Both the position numbers and the translations under genes were made by a program. Below, piece by piece: positions 1 to 13,295 of a stretch of DNA of 64,000 nucleotides; within the stretch, counting starts at the first letter, position 1; each line of letters opens with the position of its first letter. The notes below the pieces were generated by a model that was given only the letters and a program-made list of their open reading frames with translations, was not told where the DNA came from and searched no databases. This DNA comes from Escherichia coli (GTDB taxonomy: Bacteria > Pseudomonadota > Gammaproteobacteria > Enterobacterales > Enterobacteriaceae): assembly GCF_003334305.1 (NCBI RefSeq), contig NZ_QOWS01000007.1; one strand, written 5' to 3'.

Positions 1-156
1 CACAGCGAAAAGTTGTATAGCCTGGCAAAAGAGCCAAAACGGTTGATCCTAATCCCGGATGGCGAACACATTGATGCTTTTTCCGATCGCCACAGCGATG
101 TTTATCGCGAACAGATGGTGGACTTTATCCTTAGCGCGTTGAATCCGCAGAACTAA
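1..156 (+). CDS. yfhR: 3' end of an upstream gene (partial; last ~51 codons), hydrolase-like; position matches yfhR
   Basis: Frame-1 is open from the window edge to TAA at 154-156 (…LILIPDGEHIDAFSDRHSDVYREQMVDFILSALNPQN*); lies immediately upstream of csiE. Confidence 0.45.
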   Translation, partial: HSEKLYSLAKEPKRLILIPDGEHIDAFSDRHSDVYREQMVDFILSALNPQN

Positions 157-346
157 CCCATGATCGCTAGCACGATAATCATTCACAAAACCACCTTAAG
201 ACATGCTAATCCACTGGTCAGAACAGTTTAAGATGAGAAAAATTCTGTGACGCTTGCCAACATTTCTGATGATTAGCATTCCCTTCGTCATTTCCCTGAG
301 CAAACTTTAGCTATTCTTATCAATTATGCTTATGGGAGATCTACAG

Positions 347-1627
347 ATGATGCCTACGCTTGCTCCACCATCTGTCCTTTCGGCTCCCCAGCGCCGCTGC
401 CAGATCTTGCTGACGCTCTTTCAGCCGGGGTTGACCGCCACCATGGCAACCTTCAGCGAGCTTAATGGTGTGGATGATGATATTGCCAGTCTTGATATCA
501 GCGAAACAGGACGGGAGATCCTGCGCTATCATCAACTCACACTGACGACTGGTTATGACGGTAGCTACCGGGTTGAAGGTACAGTGCTTAACCAACGTTT
601 GTGTTTATTTCACTGGCTACGACGTGGTTTCCGTCTGTGTCCATCATTTATTACCAGCCATTTCACCCCCGCCCTGAAGAGTGAACTGAAGCGGCGCGGA
701 ATTGCGCGTAACTTTTACGACGATACCAATCTACAAGCGTTAGTGAATCTCTGCTCCCGACGGCTGCAAAAACGCTTTGAAACGCGCGATATTCATTTCC
801 TGTGTCTGTATCTGCAATATTGTTTGCTGCAACACCACGCTGGAATTACGCCTCAGTTTAATCCGCTCCAACGTCGCTGGGCGGAATCCTGCCTTGAATT
901 TCAGGTAGCGCAGGAAATTGGACGCCACTGGCAGCGTCGGGCGCTCCAGCCTGTACCACCTGATGAGCCACTGTTTATGGCACTACTTTTTTCCATGTTG
1001 CGGGTTCCCGATCCACTGCGGGATGCGCATCAGCGAGACAGACAATTGCGTCAGTCTATCAAACGTCTGGTAAACCATTTTCGTGAGCTGGGAAATGTTC
1101 GTTTTTATGATGAACAGGGGTTATGTGATCAGCTTTATACCCACCTCGCCCAGGCGTTAAATCGCAGTTTGTTTGCCATCGGTATTGATAATACCCTGCC
1201 GGAAGAGTTCGCCAGACTGTACCCACGCCTGGTGCGCACCACCCGCGCGGCGCTGGCCGGATTTGAAAGTGAATACGGCGTCCATCTTTCTGATGAGGAA
1301 AGTGGTCTGGTCGCGGTGATTTTCGGTGCCTGGCTAATGCAGGAAAACGATCTGCATGAAAAACAGATTATTCTACTGACCGGGAATGATAGCGAGCGAG
1401 AAGCGCAGATTGAGCAGCAGTTACGCGAACTAACGTTACTGCCGCTCAACATTAAGCATATATCGGTAAAGGCATTTTTGCAGACAGGCGCTCCGCGTGG
1501 CGCGGCACTGATTATTGCGCCTTATACCATGCCATTACCGCTCTTTTCACCACCGCTGATCTATACGGACCTGACGCTGACAACACATCAACAGGAGCAG
1601 ATCCGCAAAATGCTCGAATCAGCATGA
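347..1627 (+). CDS. csiE: Stationary-phase inducible protein CsiE
   Basis: 433-aa track ORF; start placed at the MMPTLAPP Met pair to give the expected ~426 aa; gene order. Confidence 0.8.
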   Translation: MMPTLAPPSVLSAPQRRCQILLTLFQPGLTATMATFSELNGVDDDIASLDISETGREILRYHQLTLTTGYDGSYRVEGTVLNQRLCLFHWLRRGFRLCPSFITSHFTPALKSELKRRGIARNFYDDTNLQALVNLCSRRLQKRFETRDIHFLCLYLQYCLLQHHAGITPQFNPLQRRWAESCLEFQVAQEIGRHWQRRALQPVPPDEPLFMALLFSMLRVPDPLRDAHQRDRQLRQSIKRLVNHFRELGNVRFYDEQGLCDQLYTHLAQALNRSLFAIGIDNTLPEEFARLYPRLVRTTRAALAGFESEYGVHLSDEESGLVAVIFGAWLMQENDLHEKQIILLTGNDSEREAQIEQQLRELTLLPLNIKHISVKAFLQTGAPRGAALIIAPYTMPLPLFSPPLIYTDLTLTTHQQEQIRKMLESA

Positions 1628-2758
1628 GGGAACAACTTTCGGGCGCAAAAACATTGCCGGAAGCGCCACCAGCGCCATTACCCAGAACACGCCGTGGCCC
1701 AGATATTGATACAGGAAACCGGCGAAAACGGTCATGATAGCGATACTGCCGCCCATCGCGACGGCAGAGTAAACCGCCTGTAAACGGATGACTTCGCTAC
1801 CCTGGCGAGCAGCAATATAACGCATGGCGGCCAGGTGGCAGACCGTGAAGGTGCCGCAATGCAGAATTTGCACCACTATCAACCACGGCAACGCCGTAGT
1901 TGCTCCCATAATGCCCCAGCGCACTACGCCGCAAATCGCCGAGATCAACAGCATATCGCGTGCACTACAACGGCGGAAAAGTTTATTACTCAGCGCAAAG
2001 ATAATGACTTCCGCCACCACGCCCAGCGACCACAAATACCCCACCGCCGAGGCCGAGTAGCCAGCTGCCTGCCAGTAAATGGCGCTAAAACCGTAATAGG
2101 CCGCATGTGCCCCCTGCAATAAACAAACGCAGGCCAGAAAGCGCCAGTTCTGGCGAACCAGCGCCAACCACGCTGACCAACCGGTGCTCTCCTGCTGGCG
2201 GCTTGCCCCTTGTGGCTGAATCGTCGGACGGATGAGAAAGCCGAGCAGCATGGATGCCACGCCCAACGTCAACAGCGCGAGGATCACCCGATAATCAAAC
2301 ATAGTGACCAGTTTGCCCGTCAGCGCCGAGCCAATGACAAACGCCACCGAGCCCCACAGTCGCACTTTGCCGTAATCAAGCGGGAACTGCTTTTGCCACG
2401 TATTCGCCAGTGCATCGGTCAACGGTACCAGCGGTGAGAAAAAGAGGTTAAAGCCAATCATCACCAGCATCAGCCACGCTACGTGCGCCCCCGCCCAGAA
2501 GGCGACAGCAAAGAGAAGTGTCAGCAGTGCCAGCACGCGCAAGGCGGAAATCAGGCGGGAAGGATCGCTGACGCGGGGCGCGATGAGCAAACTCCCGAGA
2601 AAACGGGCAACCAGACCTGCCCCCAATAACAGGCCGATGGTTTCTGGCGTTAAACCAATCCCTTTAAGCCAGACGCTCCAGAAAGGTAGAAAAATGCCGT
2701 AACTAAAAAAGTATGTGAAATAGCCGAGCGCCAACCAGCGCGTGGATTGCAAAACCAT
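1619..2758 (-). CDS. hcaT: MFS-type transporter of the 3-phenylpropionate locus
   Basis: 379-aa polytopic hydrophobic ORF, convergent with csiE (9-bp tail overlap); adjacent to hcaR. Confidence 0.9.
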   Translation of the reverse strand: MVLQSTRWLALGYFTYFFSYGIFLPFWSVWLKGIGLTPETIGLLLGAGLVARFLGSLLIAPRVSDPSRLISALRVLALLTLLFAVAFWAGAHVAWLMLVMIGFNLFFSPLVPLTDALANTWQKQFPLDYGKVRLWGSVAFVIGSALTGKLVTMFDYRVILALLTLGVASMLLGFLIRPTIQPQGASRQQESTGWSAWLALVRQNWRFLACVCLLQGAHAAYYGFSAIYWQAAGYSASAVGYLWSLGVVAEVIIFALSNKLFRRCSARDMLLISAICGVVRWGIMGATTALPWLIVVQILHCGTFTVCHLAAMRYIAARQGSEVIRLQAVYSAVAMGGSIAIMTVFAGFLYQYLGHGVFWVMALVALPAMFLRPKVVPSC

Positions 2759-2917
2759 GAGTCCCTCCCGTCAGGAGGCGTTAGTCTGGGGTTAATCGAA
2801 TGTTGGTGCAAGTTGAAAAATAAGAATATTCGAGCCTGCTTCCCGATGTCTGTAACGCCAGTTCACAAGCACTAAAAAACTGCGATCCGCGACGCATGTT
2901 GCAAAAATAATGCGTAA

Positions 2918-3808
2918 TTATGCCGTTACGTTTGCCAAACGTTCCTGCACAATGGCGATGAAATCGCGTAATGCCGGCTTCATCTCCCCTTTCTTCCACG
3001 CCATCAGTAAAGCAATGGAAGGCACATTTCCGGCAATGGGACGAAAAACAACCTGTCCGGTATTAAAATTATTCATATAACCGGGTATCAAAGTGACGCC
3101 CAGCCCCATGCCCACCAGATTCATGGTCACCAGAATATTCGTTGCCACCTGGACGATATTTGGCTGGCTGTTTTCTTGCGCAAACCACGCTTTAACGATC
3201 GGCGCAAGCGAACCGGAATACGCCGGATCGGTACTGACGAAATTCACGCCATCCAGTTGCGCGGCGGTGATCTCTTTTTCATGTGCTAAAGGGTGATCAA
3301 CCGGTAACACAACCACTAATGGTTCGTCAAAAAGCTCCAGATAATCAATCTCCGGGCTATAAACAGGATGGCGCATTAAGCCGACGTCGAGTTCACCACG
3401 GCGAATTTTTTCCTCCTGTTGCGTGGTGATTAAACTCACCAGCTCAATCAAGGTGTCTGGCTGTCTGAGACGAAACATCGGTAATACTTTTGGCAGTAAA
3501 TTCACTTCCGCCGATGGCACAAAGCCAATGGTTAATTGTCTGTCTTCCTGAACAATTTTCCGCGCCCGTAATTTGGCATTTTCCGCTTGTTCGAGGATTG
3601 CCAGCGCGTCCTGGAGAAAACATTCTCCCGCCGCCGTCAACGCGACTTTGCGCTTATCCCTCACCAGTAACGGAACACCGACACAGTTTTCAAGATCGCG
3701 GATCTGGCTGCTTAACGAAGGCTGTGAGGTATGCAGTTTTTCCGCCGCACGGGTAAAGTTCAGTGCCTGCGCCACTGCGACGAAATAGCGTAAATGCCGT
3801 AGTTCCAT
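2918..3808 (-). CDS. hcaR: LysR-family transcriptional activator of the hca operon
   Basis: N-terminal HTH LRHLRYFVAVAQALNFTRAAEKLHTSQPSLSSQIRDLE; true start MELRHL (ATG at 3808), the track ORF is extended by 31 codons; divergent from hcaE. Confidence 0.9.
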   Translation of the reverse strand: MELRHLRYFVAVAQALNFTRAAEKLHTSQPSLSSQIRDLENCVGVPLLVRDKRKVALTAAGECFLQDALAILEQAENAKLRARKIVQEDRQLTIGFVPSAEVNLLPKVLPMFRLRQPDTLIELVSLITTQQEEKIRRGELDVGLMRHPVYSPEIDYLELFDEPLVVVLPVDHPLAHEKEITAAQLDGVNFVSTDPAYSGSLAPIVKAWFAQENSQPNIVQVATNILVTMNLVGMGLGVTLIPGYMNNFNTGQVVFRPIAGNVPSIALLMAWKKGEMKPALRDFIAIVQERLANVTA

Positions 3809-3907
3809 CACCTTCCCCTTGTTATCGAAAAAACGTCTCAGCTGGTAGAAATTAACTATTTCACATATTAGCAACCAACCAGCAACATCCTTATGGCACA
3901 AAAATAG

Positions 3908-5819
<1,912 letters not shown>

Positions 5820-5820
<1 letters not shown>

Positions 5821-6140
5821 TGAATCGAATTTATGCGTGTCCCGTTGCGGATGTGCCGGAGGGTGAGGCTCTCCGGATCGATACCTCGCCCGTCATCGCC
5901 CTGTTCAACGTTGGCGGCGAGTTTTATGCCATTAACGATCGTTGCAGCCATGGTAATGCGTCAATGTCAGAAGGGTATCTGGAAGATGACGCCACGGTGG
6001 AGTGCCCGCTACACGCCGCCAGTTTTTGCCTGAAAACGGGGAAAGCGTTATGCCTGCCCGCCACCGATCCGCTCACCACTTATCCAGTACACGTTGAAGG
6101 TGGTGACATTTTCATCGACTTACCGGAGGCGCAGCCATGA
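5820..6140 (+). CDS. hcaC: Rieske-type ferredoxin of the dioxygenase system
   Basis: 106 aa; [11 protein letters not shown]…CPLH Rieske ligands. Confidence 0.9.
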
Positions 6141-6949
6141 GCGATCTGCATAACGAGTCCATTTTTATTACCGGCGGCGGATCGGGATTAGGGCTGGCGC
6201 TGGTCGAGCGATTTATCGAAGAAGGCGCGCAGGTTGCCACGCTGGAACTGTCGGCGGCAAAAGTCGCCAGTCTGCGTCAGCGATTTGGCGAACATATTCT
6301 GGCGGTGGAAGGTAACGTGACCTGTTATGCCGATTATCAACGCGCGGTCGATCAGATCCTGACTCGTTCCGGCAAGCTGGATTGTTTTATCGGCAATGCA
6401 GGCATCTGGGATCACAATGCCTCACTGGTTAATACTCCCGCAGAGACGCTCGAAACCGGCTTCCACGAGCTGTTTAACGTCAATGTTCTCGGTTACCTGC
6501 TGGGCGCAAAAGCCTGCGCTCCGGCGTTAATCGCCAGTGAAGGCAGCATGATTTTCACACTGTCAAATGCCGCCTGGTATCCTGGCGGCGGTGGCCCGCT
6601 GTACACCGCCAGTAAACATGCCGCAACCGGACTTATTCGCCAACTGGCTTATGAACTGGCACCGAAAGTGCGGGTGAATGGCGTCGGCCCGTGTGGTATG
6701 GCCAGCGACCTGCGCGGCCCACAGGCGCTCGGGCAAAGTGAAACCTCGATAATGCAGTCTCTGACGCCGGAGAAAATTGCCGCCATTTTACCGCTGCAAT
6801 TTTTCCCGCAACCGGCGGATTTTACGGGGCCGTATGTGATGTTGGCATCGCGGCGCAATAATCGCGCATTAAGCGGTGTGATGATCAACGCTGATGCGGG
6901 TTTAGCGATTCGCGGCATTCGCCACGTAGCGGCTGGGCTGGATCTTTAA
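6137..6949 (+). CDS. hcaB: cis-dihydrodiol dehydrogenase (short-chain dehydrogenase family)
   Basis: 270 aa; ITGGGSGLG nucleotide-binding motif, YTASK catalytic Y-x3-K. Confidence 0.9.
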
Positions 6950-8161
<1,212 letters not shown>

Positions 8162-8257
8162 CCAGGATAATTAGCGAATATCTCAATGCCTGGGGCGTGG
8201 CGAGGTGCAAGAGTGTGTATTACGTTTAAATCACATTATCTTGCAAAGGGATTGGTT

Positions 8258-8680
8258 ATGAACACACTACGTTATTTTGATTTTGGAGCTGCCCGCCCCG
8301 TTTTGTTATTAATTGCCCGTATCGCCGTGGTCTTAATTTTCATTATTTTTGGTTTTCCCAAAATGATGGGCTTTGACGGTACGGTCCAATATATGGCCTC
8401 GTTGGGCGCGCCAATGCCGATGCTGGCAGCGATTATTGCGGTAGTTATGGAAGTGCCCGCCGCGATATTAATCGTGCTTGGCTTTTTCACCCGTCCGCTG
8501 GCGGTGCTGTTTATTTTCTACACGCTGGGTACGGCGGTGATTGGTCACCATTACTGGGATATGACCGGCGATGCGGTTGGGCCAAATATGATTAATTTCT
8601 GGAAGAATGTCAGTATCGCTGGCGCATTCCTGCTGCTGGCAATTACCGGGCCGGGGGCAATTTCTCTCGATCGGCGTTAG
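8258..8680 (+). CDS. yphA: DoxX-family inner membrane protein
   Basis: 140-aa hydrophobic protein from MNTLRYF; the track ORF carries a 24-codon upstream extension. Confidence 0.75.
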
Positions 8681-8684
8681 GAAA

Positions 8685-8719
8685 GATGCCGGATGCGGCG
8701 TGAACGCCTTATCCGGCAT
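8685..8719. repeat. REP (repetitive extragenic palindrome) element
   Basis: gatgccggatgcggcgtgaacgccttatccggcat, canonical REP sequence between convergent yphA and yphB. Confidence 0.8.
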
Positions 8720-8727
8720 TTAATAAA

Positions 8728-9600
8728 TTACAGCCACTCTACCCGCAACGACATCTCTGAAGTTGTTGATTCCCCTGGTGCTAGCGCAATGAGATCACCC
8801 CCTTCCGGGCGATGATGATCATCCGGCGCATGGCTCATCGGTTCCAGACAGAAGAAATCAAACGCATATCCTTTATCAAACGCAGGGTCGGAAACAAAGA
8901 TGAAATAACACGGTGCAGGTGGCGTCGTTTCCATGATGATGGCATAACCTTCCTGCGGCTGCTCGATGCGGGCCTGACCATTCCATCCGGCAAAACCATT
9001 GTTCACCCACTGGCGCGGCAACGGCGCGGGCTGGTTAAAATCCAGTTCCTGCGGTAGCTGCTCGCAAAACTCACCCGCCAGCCACTGCTCCCGCTCCAGC
9101 CAGTAACCGCTCGCCTGTGCCTGAATCCGCGTTTGCGGCGACAACGGAAAATAAGGATGCCAGCCGGTACCAAATGGCAGCGTCTCTGCCCCTTGATTGG
9201 TGACAGAGAGCGTCACCGTCAGCGTATCCGCCGTTAAATGAAACGCCTGACTTACCCGATAGTGATAGACACCGCTGCGATGTTCATACACCAGACACAA
9301 ACTATCATCGCTGTGCGAGACACATTGCCACTCGCCCAGCCAGCCATCGCCGTGTAGATAGTGCGCATCCCACTCAACATTCGGTTGCAGTTGATACTCA
9401 CGCCCCTGCCAGACAAAACGATTGCCGCTCACCCGGTTTGCAAATGGCACCAGCGGAAAACATGAGGCATCGGTTGCCACACCGCTTTTTTTACCAGGAC
9501 GTAAGAGCGGCGTCGTATCGCGCCAGAAGCCTTCGATTACGCCGCCCTGGTCAGAAACGTCCAGCTTTAGCGACCCGTGGGATAAGGTATAGATGGTCAT
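8728..9600 (-). CDS. yphB: Aldose 1-epimerase (mutarotase)-like protein
   Basis: 290 aa; last gene of the minus-strand yphGFEDCB cluster. Confidence 0.8.
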   Translation of the reverse strand: MTIYTLSHGSLKLDVSDQGGVIEGFWRDTTPLLRPGKKSGVATDASCFPLVPFANRVSGNRFVWQGREYQLQPNVEWDAHYLHGDGWLGEWQCVSHSDDSLCLVYEHRSGVYHYRVSQAFHLTADTLTVTLSVTNQGAETLPFGTGWHPYFPLSPQTRIQAQASGYWLEREQWLAGEFCEQLPQELDFNQPAPLPRQWVNNGFAGWNGQARIEQPQEGYAIIMETTPPAPCYFIFVSDPAFDKGYAFDFFCLEPMSHAPDDHHRPEGGDLIALAPGESTTSEMSLRVEWL

Positions 9601-9611
9601 CCGCTAACTCC

Positions 9612-10673
9612 TTAATCCGGGAAGTTAATCACAACTTTCCCGCATTTGCCGCTCGCCATCAGCGCATAGGCATCACCTGCCTGTTCCAGCGAGAAGCGAT
9701 GGGTAATGGCGTTACGCGGCCACAGTTTCCAGTCCGTCAGATCATGGGCGCATTTTTCCATATGGAACAGACTGGTCACCCAGGAGCCGATAATCCGCCG
9801 TTGATGGTGCATCAGATCGGCGCTGACCTCGAACTCCACTTTTCCGGTTTCTCCGATGTAAACCACCCGTCCCCAGTCAGCGGTGGATCGCAGTGCCAGC
9901 AAGCGACCTGCGGCATTACCAGAACAATCGAGCGCAACATCCGCGCCACCGTGGGTGAGTTCGGCGATAATCTGCGGCAGACCTTCGGTGGTTGCTAAAT
10001 AGCCGTGATCCATCACCCCTAACTGTTTTGCCATCGCCAGACGTTCCGGCAGCATATCAACGCCGATGATCCGTTTTGCACCGCGACCTTTCGCCAGCAT
10101 CATCGCCATCATGCCGACTGGCCCCAGACCGACCACCAGCACGTTATCACTGCCGGAAACTTCGCCGCGCAAAATCCCTTCATAGGCCGTGCCAACGCCG
10201 CAACTGATAAACGCACCATCTTCGTAGCTCAGCGCATCCGGCAGGAGGATCAGATCTTTTTCTTCCGCCAGCAGATATTCGGCATGACCGCCGTCACGCT
10301 GCCAGCCGTAAGCCGCTTTTCCTTTGCCAGTACAAGAGATAGGAAAGCCGCGGCGGCAGTTCGGGCAAAAACCACAGCCAGAAATGTGATACACCAGCAC
10401 GCGATCACCCTCTTTAAAATGGCGACAGCCTTGCCCCATCGCCACAATCTGCCCGCACGGTTCATGACCGTTGATAAATCCCTGGTATAACGGTTTATCG
10501 GGTGCCGCCGCCGTGGCACGGTGTTGATGATAGATATAGTGGACATCGCTTCCGCAAATCCCGGAGGATTTCATTTTGATCAGTACCTGGTTAATCCCCG
10601 GCGTCGGCACCGCAACTTCCCGCAGATCGACGGTTGAATTTCCTGGTAAATAAGCTGCCAGCATCGTTTTCAT
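9612..10673 (-). CDS. yphC: Zn-dependent alcohol/polyol dehydrogenase family protein
   Basis: Catalytic-Zn motif GHEPCG, structural-Zn cluster CGFCPNC, NAD fold VGLGPVG; start at MKTMLAAY (track ORF is 11 codons longer). Confidence 0.8.
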   Translation of the reverse strand: MKTMLAAYLPGNSTVDLREVAVPTPGINQVLIKMKSSGICGSDVHYIYHQHRATAAAPDKPLYQGFINGHEPCGQIVAMGQGCRHFKEGDRVLVYHISGCGFCPNCRRGFPISCTGKGKAAYGWQRDGGHAEYLLAEEKDLILLPDALSYEDGAFISCGVGTAYEGILRGEVSGSDNVLVVGLGPVGMMAMMLAKGRGAKRIIGVDMLPERLAMAKQLGVMDHGYLATTEGLPQIIAELTHGGADVALDCSGNAAGRLLALRSTADWGRVVYIGETGKVEFEVSADLMHHQRRIIGSWVTSLFHMEKCAHDLTDWKLWPRNAITHRFSLEQAGDAYALMASGKCGKVVINFPD

Positions 10674-10738
10674 AAATCCCTCATTAACAATACGATTAAT
10701 TTTCATCCCTGCCGCACCCGCGCCAGGGGCGTTAAGGT

Positions 10739-11737
10739 TTAGCGTTTCGCTTTACTGCTTCGCTGGGTCAGCAAGATATTCGCCAGCACCGCCACCACGA
10801 TGATGACGCCGCGTACCACCTGCTGGAAAAAGGAGTTAATACCGAGCAGCACCAGACCGTTACCGATTAGCGTAATCACCAGCACACCAAGCAATGTACC
10901 GAACAGGGAACCGCGACCGCCGGAAAGTGCCGTACCGCCGACCACGACCGCGGCGATGACGTCAAACTCCAGACCGTTTGCGGCACCTGCGTTACCAGAA
11001 CCGAGGCGCGCCGCCAACAAAATGCCGGTCACCGCCGCTAATAATCCCGAAAGGGTAAAGATAAGAATGCGCACCCGACGAACGTTGATGCCGCACAACT
11101 GCGCCGCCGTAGCATTACCGCCAACGGCAAAAACCGAGCGCCCGAAGGCGGTTTTGCGGCTGATGAACACAAACAGCGCAAACAACACAATCATGATCAG
11201 CGCGGATACCGGCACACCGAGAAATTGTCCGCCCAGCCAGTCCAGCACCTCGTTTTCGTCAATCGGCACTGGCAGTGCGTTCGTCATAAACAGCCCCATT
11301 CCGCGCAGGGCGCTCCACAGCCCCAGTGTGGCAACGAAACTTGGTACGTTAAACACGCCGCGCAGCACCCCGGCCAGCGTTCCCATCAGCGCGCCTAACA
11401 GCAACACCAGCAGACACGCCACCGCCAGCGGAACTTCAAATTGCAGCAAAAATGCCAGGCACACCGAGACAAAAGCCACCATCGGCCCAACGCTGACATC
11501 AATTTCACCGGAGATAATAATCAGCGTCATCGCCCAGGCGGCAATCCCAATGGTGGCGGCATCGCGCAGCACGTTCATCTGGTTATTCAATGAGATAAAG
11601 CCAGGCGCGTTCAGGGAGAAGACCAGATAAAGAATGGCGATTACCACCAGCAAACCGATCTCATTAATATGGCGACTGACAAATTGTTTGAGCGAGACGC
11701 TCTTGCCCTGCGGCAATGATAATGACGAAGCAGACAT
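10739..11737 (-). CDS. yphD: ABC transporter permease (sugar/RbsC-like)
   Basis: 332-aa polytopic ORF; the 276-aa plus-strand track ORF inside it is an antisense shadow. Confidence 0.85.
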   Translation of the reverse strand: MSASSLSLPQGKSVSLKQFVSRHINEIGLLVVIAILYLVFSLNAPGFISLNNQMNVLRDAATIGIAAWAMTLIIISGEIDVSVGPMVAFVSVCLAFLLQFEVPLAVACLLVLLLGALMGTLAGVLRGVFNVPSFVATLGLWSALRGMGLFMTNALPVPIDENEVLDWLGGQFLGVPVSALIMIVLFALFVFISRKTAFGRSVFAVGGNATAAQLCGINVRRVRILIFTLSGLLAAVTGILLAARLGSGNAGAANGLEFDVIAAVVVGGTALSGGRGSLFGTLLGVLVITLIGNGLVLLGINSFFQQVVRGVIIVVAVLANILLTQRSSKAKR

Positions 11738-11761
11738 CTTCAGGTTCCTCGGTAAAATTCA

Positions 11762-13273
11762 TCAGTGCACAGACAGAATGGCGGACATCAGCTCATCCAC
11801 ATTGACCGGCGAGTGAAACTCCTGCGAGAACGTACCGTGCTGTAACAACAGGATGCGGTCGCACACCAGCGGCAACTCCTCCACTTCACTGGAGATAAAC
11901 ACCACGCTTTTTCCTTCGGCAGCCAGCTCACGGACAATACGGTAAATCTGCTGTTTGGCTTCGATATCGACGCCGCGCGTTGGCTCGTCGAGCAACAAAA
12001 TCTGGCTGGCGGCATAGACCCAACGACCGATCACCACTTTTTGCTGATTGCCGCCAGAAAGCGTGCCGATGGGCGTTTCGCTACTGGCGGCCTTGACCGT
12101 CATCCGCTGCATCACCTCTTCGGTCAGGCGGCGGATGGTGGACCATTGCAGTACGCCGTTGGCGCTGATTTTTTGCCGATTGGTCAGCACTGTATTTTCG
12201 TCAACGCCCAACCAGGGAATGATCCCCGCTTCTTTGCGGTTTTCTGGCGTATAGCCAATGCCGCGTTTCAGCATGTCGCCGTAATCGGGGCGCGTGATTT
12301 TCTCGCCGTTGATAACAATTTCGCCCTGTTCATACTCCTCCAGCCCAACAATCGCCTTCAGCAATTCACTGCGCCCTGCCCCCAGCAGGCCAGCAATGCC
12401 AAGCACTTCGCCGCGACGTAACGTAAAGCTGATATCCTCCAGCTTGGGCTTATGGCGTAATGCACGGACTTCCAGCACGGCCTGATCCACAATTTCCTGA
12501 GGGGCTACCGGCGCAATATCAACGTGATCACGCCCTAGCATTAGCGACACAATATGATGCGTGGAGGTGTTTTCGAGCATCACATCGCCCGCCACCTGAC
12601 CATCGCGCATAACGGTGGCACAGGAGGCAATGCGGCGGATTTCTTCCATCCGGTGGCTGACATAAATCACCGCCACGCCCAGTGCCGACATCTTTTTCAC
12701 CGCACTGATCACCAGTTCAACTTCTGCACTGGCAAGCGAGCTGGTGGGTTCATCAAGAATGACCACGCGCGGCTCGCCCTTCATCACCCGTGCAATTTCC
12801 ACCAGTTGCTTTTGCGCCGGGCTTAGCGTTGAAACAAGTTGTTCAGGACTAACGTCAACGCCCAGCGCCTGTAAGCAACGTTGGGCATCCTGCGCCATTT
12901 GCAGGTAATCAATCATGCCGTTGCGGCGAGGCCATTGACCAAGGCAGAGGTTTTCTGCCACCGTCAGCCCTTCCACCAGACTTAATTCCTGATAAACCGC
13001 ACGAACCCCCAGTTCAGCGGCACGGCGAGTCAACGTAGCTTCGTCACCTTCCAGTCGCGTCTCGCCAATCCAGATATCACCGCTATCCGGGCGTTCGCTG
13101 CCGGTAAGCATTCGAATGAGAGTCGATTTGCCCGCGCCGTTTTTACCTAACAGCGCACGAACTTCGCCTTTATTGAGCGTGAAGTTAACGTTATCCAGCG
13201 CAACGACGCCGGGGTAACGCTTATTTCCTGCCACCACTTTTGCTACCGGGACTGCCTCTGTTGCCGTGAACAT
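11762..13273 (-). CDS. yphE: ABC transporter ATP-binding protein, tandem ATPase domains (sugar type)
   Basis: 503 aa; two Walker A motifs (GKNGAGKST, GLLGAGRSE) and ABC signatures (LSPAQKQ, LSGGNQQK). Confidence 0.9.
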   Translation of the reverse strand: MFTATEAVPVAKVVAGNKRYPGVVALDNVNFTLNKGEVRALLGKNGAGKSTLIRMLTGSERPDSGDIWIGETRLEGDEATLTRRAAELGVRAVYQELSLVEGLTVAENLCLGQWPRRNGMIDYLQMAQDAQRCLQALGVDVSPEQLVSTLSPAQKQLVEIARVMKGEPRVVILDEPTSSLASAEVELVISAVKKMSALGVAVIYVSHRMEEIRRIASCATVMRDGQVAGDVMLENTSTHHIVSLMLGRDHVDIAPVAPQEIVDQAVLEVRALRHKPKLEDISFTLRRGEVLGIAGLLGAGRSELLKAIVGLEEYEQGEIVINGEKITRPDYGDMLKRGIGYTPENRKEAGIIPWLGVDENTVLTNRQKISANGVLQWSTIRRLTEEVMQRMTVKAASSETPIGTLSGGNQQKVVIGRWVYAASQILLLDEPTRGVDIEAKQQIYRIVRELAAEGKSVVFISSEVEELPLVCDRILLLQHGTFSQEFHSPVNVDELMSAILSVH

Positions 13274-13295
13274 AGGGACCTCTGCGAATCAGCGA

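Noticed and set aside
157-346. Possible CRP site (ttctgtgacgcttgccaaca) in the csiE promoter region
   Set aside because: Only the TGTGA half-site matches the consensus well; too weak to call without a scoring matrix.
10800-11630. Long antisense ORFs inside known genes (for example 10800-11630 inside yphD, 19335-20282 inside glyA, 27322-28182 and 29062-29829 inside purL, 16605-17687 inside yphG, 35610-36389 inside pdxJ)
   Set aside because: They lie opposite well-supported genes with conserved motifs, have low-complexity proline/arginine/serine-rich translations and lack ribosome-binding sites: typical shadow ORFs of GC-rich coding DNA.
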